Of a stretch of 64,000 nucleotides of DNA, positions 50,761-60,431 are shown piece by piece (positions within the stretch are counted from its first letter, which is position 1; every line of letters begins with the position of its first letter). The translations under genes were made by a program, and so were the position numbers. The notes under the pieces are model-generated. The model was not told where the DNA came from. It was given only the letters and a program-made list of their open reading frames with translations, and made no database searches. Source of the DNA: a bacterium (GTDB lineage Bacteria > SAR324 > NAC60-12); assembly GCA_965205865.1 (NCBI GenBank), contig CBDBHR010000028.1, forward strand, positions 288,001 to 352,000, read 5' to 3'.

Positions 50761-52593
50761 GACCCTAGCCGAAAAGGGTTTCGAAAATAGTAAATGTAAC
50801 CAATTTGATTCTATTTGATTCTCTATTTGATTCAATATGACGAGAAAACGATTTTTTTGTTTTTTATTCGCCCACAGCACAGTTTTTATAGGGAAAAAAT
50901 CTTTTTTGGACATACTTTCCTCGCTCCTGCTCATATTTCACACTCCCCCATTGAATATTCAGGCCGCTTGTTTGAGTTGTCTTTTTTTCAACTCAATCAT
51001 TTTGCAAAAATTATAGGTTAATGCTTTTTCCAGCAACTCTGCCCGAACGTTTTCAATCCCTCTGCGCATAACTTGTCCGAAATGGAAACGATGCTTAAGA
51101 TGAAACATCAACGACTCTGCAGCAGATCTTCCATTTCGTGATTCCAAATAGATTTCACTTTCCCATTCTTCAATCGGGGTCATCTTTTTTCCCTTTGCCC
51201 CACTAATACTAAAAACCTTAACGCCTTTGCCCATCCACTTTTCTCTGATCGCCTGATTGGCATATCCATCATCAAGGCTCACTTCAGAGGGAATGGTGAT
51301 GGTGCATCGCAAATGTTCAACAAGGGCAGGGTCGAGTTGCCCTGAATCAGCAGCATTGCCCTCCGGAGTAATTAACACGGAAATAAAACCATTTCCGCTC
51401 CTTCCTAATTGAGGCTTATATCCGATAAGCGCTTCTCGATCTCCCTTTTGAATATAAGCCGAGCTCTGATCGGAAAGACTCAATACTTTCTCAGTAGAAG
51501 GAACCTTCTTTTCTTCAAAAACTCTTTGATGACAGTAGATGATTACCCGTTGCAAATTAGAAATATCTTCATTCATCATTTCAATGAGGCGAATCAAACG
51601 CGTTTTCCGAGAAGGGGGGAGAAGAGCTTTTTGGGCACGGATATCCACCTTTGCCATTTCTTTTAAAAATTTCCCATGAGCGCTTTGAGCTTTCTTCAAT
51701 AGGGTTTTGTAATGTTTTTTTCGCTTCGTTTTACTGTCCTTTTTACCTGTCTCAAAAGCCATCATCTTAGAGAGCTTATTCATCTCCTTGATGAGGAAAT
51801 CAAAATTTCTTTCACTGATCTCAGCGATTCCAAATGTATCAAGGGAACGCCCTCGATGGTAGCTTCGCTCCACGAGACGAGTCAATATCGACGAATCAGT
51901 AGGCCAAGCTGTATTTCCTTTTACAGAGGTGCTATCCAGTTTTAAAATATCAAAATCGTCCAACTCTTCATCGAGAACCATTCGAATTTGAGCATCGAAA
52001 ATAAACTGTCTGCTCTCGTTGCTGACAGCATTGACATTATCAAGGATTGTACTCGCTCCCGGCATTTTCAATCCACGGTTGAGCAGAAGCAGATGCAGTG
52101 TGATTGACTCTGAAAGAAATATTTGGGCCGTTTGGGATTTGATACTTCCTAAATATCCCCGAATCATCATAAAAAGGTAGACTAAAAAAGCCGACATCCG
52201 AGGACACCCTATTTCCAGCCTCAGTTCTTCCGGCTTCAATTCCTCATCTTCCACGGGAAGATGAGGAAGCCATGGATTCCGGGCTTCCTGCCATCGTTTA
52301 TCCTCTAAACGCTCTTTCTTTTTATTTCTTGCGTATTTCTCCAAATCCTGTTCAATTTTGTCCAATATCTCCGGCTCTCGCTCAGACAATTGATCAAGTT
52401 CTGATAAGAAATTTTCAAATTCTGTATCAGGAGCGCTTAAAAAAAGATGTTTTTCTGCTCGAATGAATGGTTTCATTTTGGGTGCCATAATTCTTAATAT
52501 TGAAGTTATTCACAGTGATTTCAATGAATTATGGCACTTTTTAACCTCAAGTTTAAAGATATAATTCTAAAAAATACCTTTTCGGCTAGGATC
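50761..52593 (-). mobile_element. DDE IS, 1833 bp, tandem copy 2
   Basis: Almost identical to copy 1; flanked by TAGCTA / GAGCTA. Confidence 0.93.
50959..52488 (-). CDS. DDE transposase, 509 aa
   Basis: Differs from 49120-50649 at one visible residue (I15F). Confidence 0.88.
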   Translation of the reverse strand: MAPKMKPFIRAEKHLFLSAPDTEFENFLSELDQLSEREPEILDKIEQDLEKYARNKKKERLEDKRWQEARNPWLPHLPVEDEELKPEELRLEIGCPRMSAFLVYLFMMIRGYLGSIKSQTAQIFLSESITLHLLLLNRGLKMPGASTILDNVNAVSNESRQFIFDAQIRMVLDEELDDFDILKLDSTSVKGNTAWPTDSSILTRLVERSYHRGRSLDTFGIAEISERNFDFLIKEMNKLSKMMAFETGKKDSKTKRKKHYKTLLKKAQSAHGKFLKEMAKVDIRAQKALLPPSRKTRLIRLIEMMNEDISNLQRVIIYCHQRVFEEKKVPSTEKVLSLSDQSSAYIQKGDREALIGYKPQLGRSGNGFISVLITPEGNAADSGQLDPALVEHLRCTITIPSEVSLDDGYANQAIREKWMGKGVKVFSISGAKGKKMTPIEEWESEIYLESRNGRSAAESLMFHLKHRFHFGQVMRRGIENVRAELLEKALTYNFCKMIELKKRQLKQAA

Positions 52594-52770
52594 GAGCTAT
52601 TCCTGTTCATTTTGCAGCCGATTATATGTTGGATTGGCATTACCGGGAATTCGATGAACATCAACGTCTGGTCGTTAATGCGGCAGTTGAAAAACACTAT
52701 GGCTTGAACCCCGGATCATAGTTCAACACTGACTCGTGATCATACCTTTACCCTGAAACGGGGACAGGCC

Positions 52771-53462
52771 GTGCGCCAGGAAAGCTGGCAAGAAATAGAG
52801 AGTGAAAGTCTCTTACTCGGTAAGGCAGTAACGACCCGCCGAGTCCCCGAGTCATGAGTGGTTATTCGCAAGGATAGGCGCTAAGCGTTGACAGGGGAGA
52901 ACATAGGCTCGGTATTGAGCTCCGAAATCATAGTTTCAGGCGCTGACCTTGTGGTCTGGTGGGGAAGGCAATATCAACCGAAGGCGTTAGCGTGAGTCTC
53001 GGCTGAGCCTGGCGCAGTCAAAGACCCGGTGCATGTGTGGAAGTTTCTTGATCGGAACCTGGGAGATCCTGAAGACGACTGTCAACATTCTATTGGTAGT
53101 CGGATCGGGAAAATTAATAAATAACCCCGATATCTACGTCTTCAGGAAGTCGGACAAGTTCGTAGTAGCGATGAAGCGGCGAACAATGAGATCATTTGCA
53201 GAGAGTAACAATGCAAAGGAAATCAACGGAGCCTGTGGAGCAAAAGGACTTGGCTGAGAGGAATTCTGCTTGCCCTCCTGTGTTCGGAACTCAGAGGCCG
53301 GTAAAATCAGAGAGCGGTTTAAGCAGGGTGCGCCAAACGGCAACGTTTGAGCGTCTGACTCGAAGCAGGAGCCGGATGCGTTAGCAGCGCACGTCCGGAT
53401 CTGTACCGGAGGAATGACGAAAGGTGGCTGGAAACCACTATAAGTCAGTTTTTTACGGTGAC
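52771..53462 (+). mobile_element. Group II intron lineage A, copy 4, inside palindrome 52760-53531
   Basis: Near-identical to copy 1; GTGCG...GGTGAC. Confidence 0.9.
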
Positions 53463-53775
53463 TTTGATTAAATGAAAAGGGAGCAAAAAAATTGGACTCG
53501 TTCCTAATCAAATAATCAATGGCCTGACCCCCTTCCAAGTTCGTGAAAGTTTGGGTCAAATATTTTCTCATCTTTTCGATCAGAAGGAAAAGATGAAGAT
53601 AAGTTTTAGGAATTTGAATCGAGAAGATTTTCATTTTTTACCACGTTGACATCCATTGCCTCCCCTTTGAATGCCGGTCGTCTTTTCAGGCGGCCGGGTT
53701 TAGGTTATTCTTTTTTTGGTGATATAGTAAACTCTCCTGTTCTTTAAGAGTCAAGTCGTAATTTGTTTGTAAGGA

Positions 53776-54114
53776 ATGCCTTTGAAGAATTTAACAAATA
53801 GCGCCGTCATTTTGCTGTTTGTCATGCTGGCCTGCTTTGCTTGCTCAGGGGAGACGGTGAGCGATGCGTGCCGCGTTGATAGGTTTTCCTGGTATGTTGT
53901 CCAAGAATATTTTTTCCAAGACGCCATACGGGTGGCCGGTTCCACAACATGCAAAGAAGGTTACGTCACCTTTCGATTTTTCGATGCGGGAAATGGGAAT
54001 TATTTGGGACGCTTGATCGTTGAAATTGACAATTATACTTTTGACGGTACCGATCGTGACATCATTTATATTCCTGAAGATTTGTCTATTGAGTACGGAA
54101 TTGAGGAGACGTGA
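53776..54114 (+). CDS. Hypothetical lipoprotein
   Basis: Hydrophobic signal ending FAC-SG. Confidence 0.6.
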   Translation: MPLKNLTNSAVILLFVMLACFACSGETVSDACRVDRFSWYVVQEYFFQDAIRVAGSTTCKEGYVTFRFFDAGNGNYLGRLIVEIDNYTFDGTDRDIIYIPEDLSIEYGIEET

Positions 54115-54194
54115 GAATGGGAATTGGAGGTTCAATTTCAAATGGAGACACTACCAGCCATTACATCCAGTGGTTATTGACCTTTGAGCACCTG

Positions 54195-57100
54195 TCACTG
54201 CGGTAATTCTTTGATCAGCTTGACGGTTTCCAGACTGACGGTGATTACCTTGCCAATCAGTTTGACGATATACTGCGGGTCGTCCGGGCGGTTTGGGTCG
54301 TTGGTGATGCCGCTTCGTTTGTCGGTCTTGACGCGGTACTGATCGATCACCCATGCCAAGGCTGAGCGATTGCCCAGCCGGTAGTCAAACGCATCGGGTG
54401 GGATGCCAGCCAGGGTGAGGAAATCATTGTAGCGGATGCAAGTCTTGTCTTTGGAGAGTCTCATCTTTTCGACGCGCCAATCGAGGGACATACCGGGAGT
54501 CTCGATGAAGTCGAGGTGGTATTCAGGTTGGTCTTCGTAGGAAACATGGATGTCCCCCAAGCGCCTTCCTGTTTTGACGAAGCTCCAAAAATCCAGGAGG
54601 AGGGGGACACGAGGCAATTCCCGTTTGAGATTCGCCTTATACTTTTCACAATAGTCGGTTTGGTGTAATACCGCGTAAACGTAGTGAAAAATATCCCACT
54701 TGCTGATGGTCTCGTCCTGATACTGTGAACGGAATGCCTGCAAAGCCCAACCGGTGATGTTCTCCCGCCGGTTCGTCCCACCTTCTGTGTAAGTGTAGAA
54801 GGGGAAGCATTGGGAATCTCCAGTAAGGTGAAAATCCGATAGCAGATTTGTCATCAAGCAATGAAATGGCTTTTTATTTCCCACAGCAGTGACGCAAATA
54901 ACCCGATTTTCGATTTCCGTCTCCGGTGTGGGAAAAATGACCGGGAAGCTACCTCTTATATCGATCATAAGATGATCAAAGAAGAGGTTTGATTTGGTAA
55001 AGGGACGATAGATAGAATTTCGCACCTTATGTTCCGTGTATTCGGCACTTTTGTTTCGCTTCAATTTCAATTTTAAGTCACGACTCCAACTAATTTTCGT
55101 GTCATCGTAAACCGCAAAATCATCAACGTTGGTATTGAGATATTCGGATCGTTCCCATTTGAACACTTGTTCATTGTAGCACTCGATCGTCCGCTGCATG
55201 TTTTCGGCGAGCATGTTCCGGTTGAAATTGTATGCCCAAGCATCACGATTGGTTTTGACCCCATTACTATAGTGTTTGAAGATCACCTCCATCGTTTTAT
55301 CTTTTCCCCGTCTTGAGTCTTTGCTTCCCATAGGGATAAAGTTCTCGAATTCGGTGCGCAGTCCCTCCGTGAGCCATGTATGATTTTTATCCGGTCTCAG
55401 TTCCTGCCACTGCATTCCATCAACTGTACGGGCATTTTCGATCAGGTTGAATTTATCTCGTCTTGTGGCTCTCCAATACACGTCGCTATAATAAATTTTA
55501 TGGTCTTGATTTTGGGGGTTTTTCACAAAGAAGGTCACAGCAATCCCAACCATCGCCGCAAGACCGAAAACGGTATGCTTTTCTCCAATGGGGATCCCCT
55601 CTCTCATCGAGTCCTTACGTACGTTGCCTTTCAAATCCAGAACATAGACACGGTTAAAATCCTGATAAAGATGTTTCCGCATGCCATCAAAGGCGATACC
55701 TTCAAGGAAACTGTTGTTGGTGACGAAAGCGACAATTCCCTGATCTCCAATGCGGTCGCATGCCCAGCGTATGGCTTTCACGTATGGATCAGACAATTGG
55801 GCTTTCAAGGTCGCTCGTGAATCTCTGGCAAAGGTTCCCGAAACCCGTTGATCCAACGTCTCGTATTTTCGATTCTTATTATTGTCGTTCTCGTTTACCT
55901 GACCGACGTTGTAGGGAGGATTGCCGATAATCACAAACATCGGCGTCTCCTTTTGTTTTTCTACGCGCTTAGTGTTTTCAGGGGCAAAAAAATCAGTTTG
56001 TTCGTTGTTTTTCACTTTCGCCAGGTCGAAAGTATCCACGAGGCAGATGCCTTCGAAGGGCTGGTAAGAGCCCGTTGCCTGGTAAAACTCGTGTTCGATG
56101 TTCATCGAAGCAACGTAATAAGGCAGCAGCATCACCTCATTGCAGTGAAGCTCGCAAGCATACTTGTCCGGCAGCGCTGTCCTGCGGATCTCCCGCATGA
56201 TGCGGACGATGAAATTGCCGGTGCCCACGAAGGGGTCGATGATGTGTACTCCCTCGTCTGAAAGTGACGTATCAAATTCGCTCTGCAGGATCTGCTCCAC
56301 GCTTTTGACCATGAAATCCACAATGGGTTGCGGCGTGTAGACGATGCCGTGCGTATCGGCGACCTTGACTGAAAATCCCTGGAAAAACTGCTCGTAGACC
56401 GTGTTGAGGAAATGCTGTTTCTGTGAAAAATTGTTGATGGTTGCCGCCGTTCTTTCGATTGCGAGATAGAAGTGATCAAGACTACTTAGAAACTCATGAC
56501 GATTGAAGGATTGCGAGGTAAGAGCTTGGATCACTATTTCTATTTCCCTGGCAATGACGTTACGGTTAGTGAAATCAGGATTGTTGAAGACCCTGCGGAA
56601 GATCCGTTCTGTCAAAAGGTGTTGTATCAGCATCTCCTCAACTGCCGACTCAGAGAGGTTGGGATTGATCGAGGCGTGACATTTCTCCAGAAAGACTGCA
56701 AAGGCATTCTTAAAATGGTTGTTGTTTTTTCGTTCCCTTTGGATTAACTGAGCCACTTCACGTCCGATTTCGGGAACTTTGTCTTTGAACTGCGCAACCG
56801 CATCCTGCCATTCGGCGTATTCTTGCGGACGGTAGGAAAAAAAGGTCTGCAGCGTCTCGATCAATTGTTTCGGGTCGTTCAAGTCTTTATCGAGCACCCG
56901 CTGCTCATTTTGCCAGAGAATAGCTCGTTTTGGGGTTTGGAAGAGGATGTTCGTCTGTGGATACCCTGCCTCGAATTTGCGAAGCGCTTCTTTAGGTAAA
57001 TCGTCGTGGATGTCCTTGGCCTCCCAGTAGCCCTGCGGCAATTTGAATTTGTCGATCAAGGCGCCATCGACGACAATCCGTTTGTTCCGACCGAGGTTGA

Positions 57101-57275
57101 TGGAATCTTCAGGAATAAGCTTCCAGCCGCGCTGTTTTCCACACCCTTCGAGCAACGATTGAAATGCCGACCTCACTGCGCTTTCATGGGTAACGCCAAA
57201 ATGATCAAATTGCGCCAGGGAATGATAGTAATCTTTGATGACCTTGTGGCTGGGTTTGAGATTGAGTGCAAGCAT
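54195..57275 (-). CDS. Single-chain restriction-modification enzyme (type IIG / ISP-like without helicase)
   Basis: N-terminal VDG...WEAK nuclease motif; GIVYTP, DPFVGTGNF and GNPPY N6-MTase motifs; YRPF and SALAWVIDQY ISP-type C-terminus; an upstream start at 57341 is possible. Confidence 0.88.
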   Translation of the reverse strand: MLALNLKPSHKVIKDYYHSLAQFDHFGVTHESAVRSAFQSLLEGCGKQRGWKLIPEDSINLGRNKRIVVDGALIDKFKLPQGYWEAKDIHDDLPKEALRKFEAGYPQTNILFQTPKRAILWQNEQRVLDKDLNDPKQLIETLQTFFSYRPQEYAEWQDAVAQFKDKVPEIGREVAQLIQRERKNNNHFKNAFAVFLEKCHASINPNLSESAVEEMLIQHLLTERIFRRVFNNPDFTNRNVIAREIEIVIQALTSQSFNRHEFLSSLDHFYLAIERTAATINNFSQKQHFLNTVYEQFFQGFSVKVADTHGIVYTPQPIVDFMVKSVEQILQSEFDTSLSDEGVHIIDPFVGTGNFIVRIMREIRRTALPDKYACELHCNEVMLLPYYVASMNIEHEFYQATGSYQPFEGICLVDTFDLAKVKNNEQTDFFAPENTKRVEKQKETPMFVIIGNPPYNVGQVNENDNNKNRKYETLDQRVSGTFARDSRATLKAQLSDPYVKAIRWACDRIGDQGIVAFVTNNSFLEGIAFDGMRKHLYQDFNRVYVLDLKGNVRKDSMREGIPIGEKHTVFGLAAMVGIAVTFFVKNPQNQDHKIYYSDVYWRATRRDKFNLIENARTVDGMQWQELRPDKNHTWLTEGLRTEFENFIPMGSKDSRRGKDKTMEVIFKHYSNGVKTNRDAWAYNFNRNMLAENMQRTIECYNEQVFKWERSEYLNTNVDDFAVYDDTKISWSRDLKLKLKRNKSAEYTEHKVRNSIYRPFTKSNLFFDHLMIDIRGSFPVIFPTPETEIENRVICVTAVGNKKPFHCLMTNLLSDFHLTGDSQCFPFYTYTEGGTNRRENITGWALQAFRSQYQDETISKWDIFHYVYAVLHQTDYCEKYKANLKRELPRVPLLLDFWSFVKTGRRLGDIHVSYEDQPEYHLDFIETPGMSLDWRVEKMRLSKDKTCIRYNDFLTLAGIPPDAFDYRLGNRSALAWVIDQYRVKTDKRSGITNDPNRPDDPQYIVKLIGKVITVSLETVKLIKELPQ

Positions 57276-57450
57276 GAAACGATTATGCTGAAACGGGAAA
57301 AGCAATGAATAAATTTTACCATAGCGTTTGTAATCCCTCATTTCAATAAATTTGGCTCAAATGACCCGACGGGAGGAATCAAGATCTCACAGTCCTCTCT
57401 CTGGTTTTTCAAAGCCAGAACGAAATTCCTCTAAAAGACGCGCCGTCATG

Positions 57451-57707
57451 GAATATCTGCTTGCATCCTGCTGAAGTTAATCTCTTGACACTCTCCAGTC
57501 CCTAACATAGGTTTAAAAACGCAATAAAACTTACGTCAATTTGTCGGGTTACCCGATGAATAGAAAAGTCCAATTTCGAACCGAAGTTTGGCCACTTTGG
57601 TTCGGGCAAATAATCGGGACATTTTCACGTCCTTGATGTGAGTTTTGTTGCAACAACCCGACGCCTTAAAAAGGCGTCATGCAACACACATCAAAGAGGA
57701 GAATGTC
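57451..57707 (+). ncRNA. Promoter plus candidate structured leader RNA, copy B (intact)
   Basis: TTGACA(57485)-17-TAGGTT; 19-bp pairing of 57521-57539 with 57633-57651; further hairpins; AGAGGAG RBS. Confidence 0.62.
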
Positions 57708-58121
57708 ATGAAAAAGATTATTTGCGTTTTACTGTTTTTGTTCCCATTTTTACTTCTTGCAACCGAATTCAAAGACGTGATATGGCATCGTTGCTATGAT
57801 GGCGATACCTGCACCTACACTATTGCAAATGTTCCAGATATTTTTGGATACAAAATCCCTGTCCGAGTCAGAGGGATTGATACTCCTGAAATACGAGGAA
57901 AGTGTGATATTGAAAAATCACGTGCAAAACAAGTCAGAGACTTCGTCAGGGATTTACATTCACAAGCAACAACAATCGAATTGAAAAACTGCGAACGTGG
58001 TAAATATTTTCGCTTGGTTTGCAATGTGATTCTTGATGGAGAAAATTTATCTGAAATTCTAATCGAACGAGCTTATGCCAGAAAGTATGATGGTGGCAAA
58101 CGAGAATCCTGGTGTAACTGA
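57708..58121 (+). CDS. Secreted thermonuclease (SNase-like), paralog 2
   Basis: Signal peptide; YDGDT, VRVRGIDTPE and RGKYFRLV motifs. Confidence 0.9.
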   Translation: MKKIICVLLFLFPFLLLATEFKDVIWHRCYDGDTCTYTIANVPDIFGYKIPVRVRGIDTPEIRGKCDIEKSRAKQVRDFVRDLHSQATTIELKNCERGKYFRLVCNVILDGENLSEILIERAYARKYDGGKRESWCN

Positions 58122-58698
58122 ATAATCACTTAGCATGTGCTGATGTAAAAATGGAAATCGCATATCCATCCTCCCATTGGCACATGGCTACTTTGGGTAT
58201 GAAAATTGATGATCGTGCAGATCAAACTGACCATAATGTTTGCCACAATTAGCAGAACATCGAAAAGAAATGAACCAAAAATTATCTGACTTTCGTAAAG
58301 AAATTATTACAGGTTCAACATCATAAATTTGTAGTAACTATGGTACTAAAACTTAGTTGTAAAATGTCACCAAACAGTTTAACTGAACCAATTCAGATTG
58401 CTGTGCTTATTTCAAAAAATGGTGGACTTTGCGCTTTTAGACTTAGTGAAAATGAACTTTCAGAATATATAAAAAATTTCGCTGATTCTATTAAATATTT
58501 AAAGGAATACTTCCACAATTTACAATCCAGTAATTAAATTCTCATACTTGAATCATTTCCAATCATTCTTCTGGTAATCTCTGCCTTCTGATCAATCGTA
58601 TCTTTTTCACGCATATTTTTAAGATCTGCAAATATCGTCACCGCGCTCGTCGCTAAATGCACCCTCACCGATTTCATCGTGTTCTTCCTCATCGTCGT

Positions 58699-58935
58699 AT
58701 GAAAAAGGTAAGCAAACCCCGAGAAAGAAGCAAAGCGAAAGATCGAGTGGAGGCGTATAAAGAATTAGTGCAGGGCGATTTTGAGTTTTAGCAGGGAAAT
58801 CACCCGGTTAACATTGATTCAACAGTTGATACCTTCAGGACTGATGGCAGTCGAGCAGATACTGCAAGAAGAAGTGACTCACTTAGCCAGGGAACCCCAC
58901 AACCGCGGGAGGACACGACAACGCGGGGTGGCAAC
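58699..58935 (+). pseudogene. IS256-like transposase N-terminal fragment
   Basis: Manual translation LIQQLIPSGLMAVEQILQEEVTHLA. Confidence 0.5.
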
Positions 58936-59476
58936 TGCTTTATAGGAGATTGAAGGTAATCCCAGGAGAGTGAAGGAATATAAACATCTCGTTCAACTCA
59001 TCTCCGAACCCTTCCCGGTTACCTAAATTATCATGTAATGAGCACGCTTCAATCCTATAAAAGCCCCTCGAACAAAATATATACCAATATGCAAACCCGA
59101 CCTTCAACCTTCGGAGCGAAGTTTGCGATTTTCTAAAGAGTTGAAATAATTTTCTTTTTTTTTTCGTCCATGCAATAAATAGAGACGGAACTGGATGCGG
59201 CAAGGGTCAATGAAAACCTTGGCTTTGAAATGAGGAAGCAGTCACGATAAGCAAAATTTGAGCCATCATAGAAAAATAGTTGATCTTTTCAGAAATTTGT
59301 GTATTATAAGTTATCAATTCTTATGATCGAGATAAGAATGCCGGTAAAAAACCGGGGAACCCGTTGCAATACTGCGAAATTCATTGCAGGAGTGGAGTGG
59401 GACGAAAGACAGACGAATGGATGAAAAGTTTGAAGTTTCCCTGGTAGTATATGAATTTTTTTAAGGAAGAAAAAAC

Positions 59477-59899
59477 ATGGCACGAAATTCGAAATTGACC
59501 CTGTACTTGCAAAAAAATATTTGCGAAGGTTTGAAGCGAGGACACTATCTGAAGACCGCGGCTCCGTTGGCCGGCGTGTCCGCGAGGAGCGCGCAATGCT
59601 GGCTGGCGAGAGGACGTGACGAGGAAAAAAGTCAGGAGAGGGGGAAAGCGGCGAACAAAAGAGAAGCAATCTATCTGAATTTTCTGCACGCGACCGAAGA
59701 AGCCACTTCGCATGCGGTGGATAGAGCCCTACAGACATTGGAATCCGAGATTTCGCAAAGTGCCAGGGCGGCACAATGGTATTTGTCCCACCGTTTCTCC
59801 GGAAGCTGGGGTGGGAACGAAGAGTTGGAGGAGCGGATTGAGGCGCTCGAAGAGGTTTTAGCGAAGATGGAAGAAGAAAACAATGGCAAAAAAACATGA
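59477..59899 (+). CDS. Phage-like HTH protein (terminase small subunit-like)
   Basis: MAR.SKLT......IC..L..G.Y..TAA..AGVS......WL.RG...AAQWYL..RF...WG pattern. Confidence 0.6.
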   Translation: MARNSKLTLYLQKNICEGLKRGHYLKTAAPLAGVSARSAQCWLARGRDEEKSQERGKAANKREAIYLNFLHATEEATSHAVDRALQTLESEISQSARAAQWYLSHRFSGSWGGNEELEERIEALEEVLAKMEEENNGKKT

Positions 59900-60431
59900 A
59901 TTGTTAAAGCGCGTGAAATTGCTGGAAGAGAAGATTGCGACAAAGACGGAACCGCAATCAATAATTTTATGAAAATGAAGTGCTATCATGCCGACGTCGA
60001 GTGTGAATGTACCTGCGATAAACATGATTCGCTGAGTGAAGAAGAGGTCTTTGCGGGAGCGGAAAAGTGCATTTGTAGGCAATTTCACAAACCCCCAAAA
60101 ATACCTTGCGGATGCCTGAGTGAGGAAGACCTGAAAAGTATTAAAGAAATTTTTAATCCCGCAGTCACATTTGATTTTCATAGTGGCATGTCGCCGAAGA
60201 TGTTTCGAAAGGTACCGGGTATGTTCAAGCTTGTATGCAGTCAAGGGAAACAAAAATTTGAGATATTGAAAAGGGGTGAGCAGATAGTAAGATCGAGTGA
60301 AGAAACTGAAGAAATAATCGGCATTGCTCATGCTTCAACTCAAGACTCGAGAGAAGCGAAAAGGACAACGCATCGGACCGGTGGGGACGGGTCTCTTGAA
60401 ATAGTGATAGAATCTCCATTAGGAGTCATCC

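Larger units (their letters stand above)
47695..52721 (+). pseudogene. Exported PD-(D/E)XK-like protein with a Gly-rich hydrophobic tail; frameshifted and split by two tandem IS copies
   Basis: Signal peptide; QGPDSVY...VLEAKGG; the frame GAILA|IPVHFAADYMLDW...GS* rejoins across 48922-52599. Confidence 0.62.

Noticed and set aside
34270-53531. Classical integron with attC sites
   Set aside because: No IntI tyrosine recombinase, the repeats lack RYYYAAC/GTTRRRY ends, and the genes between them lie on both strands.
34543-53634. Repeated short ORFs (MCGSFLIGTW..., MTRGLGGSLL..., ...FFAPFSFNQSH...)
   Set aside because: They are translations of the repeated intron RNA and palindrome, not proteins.
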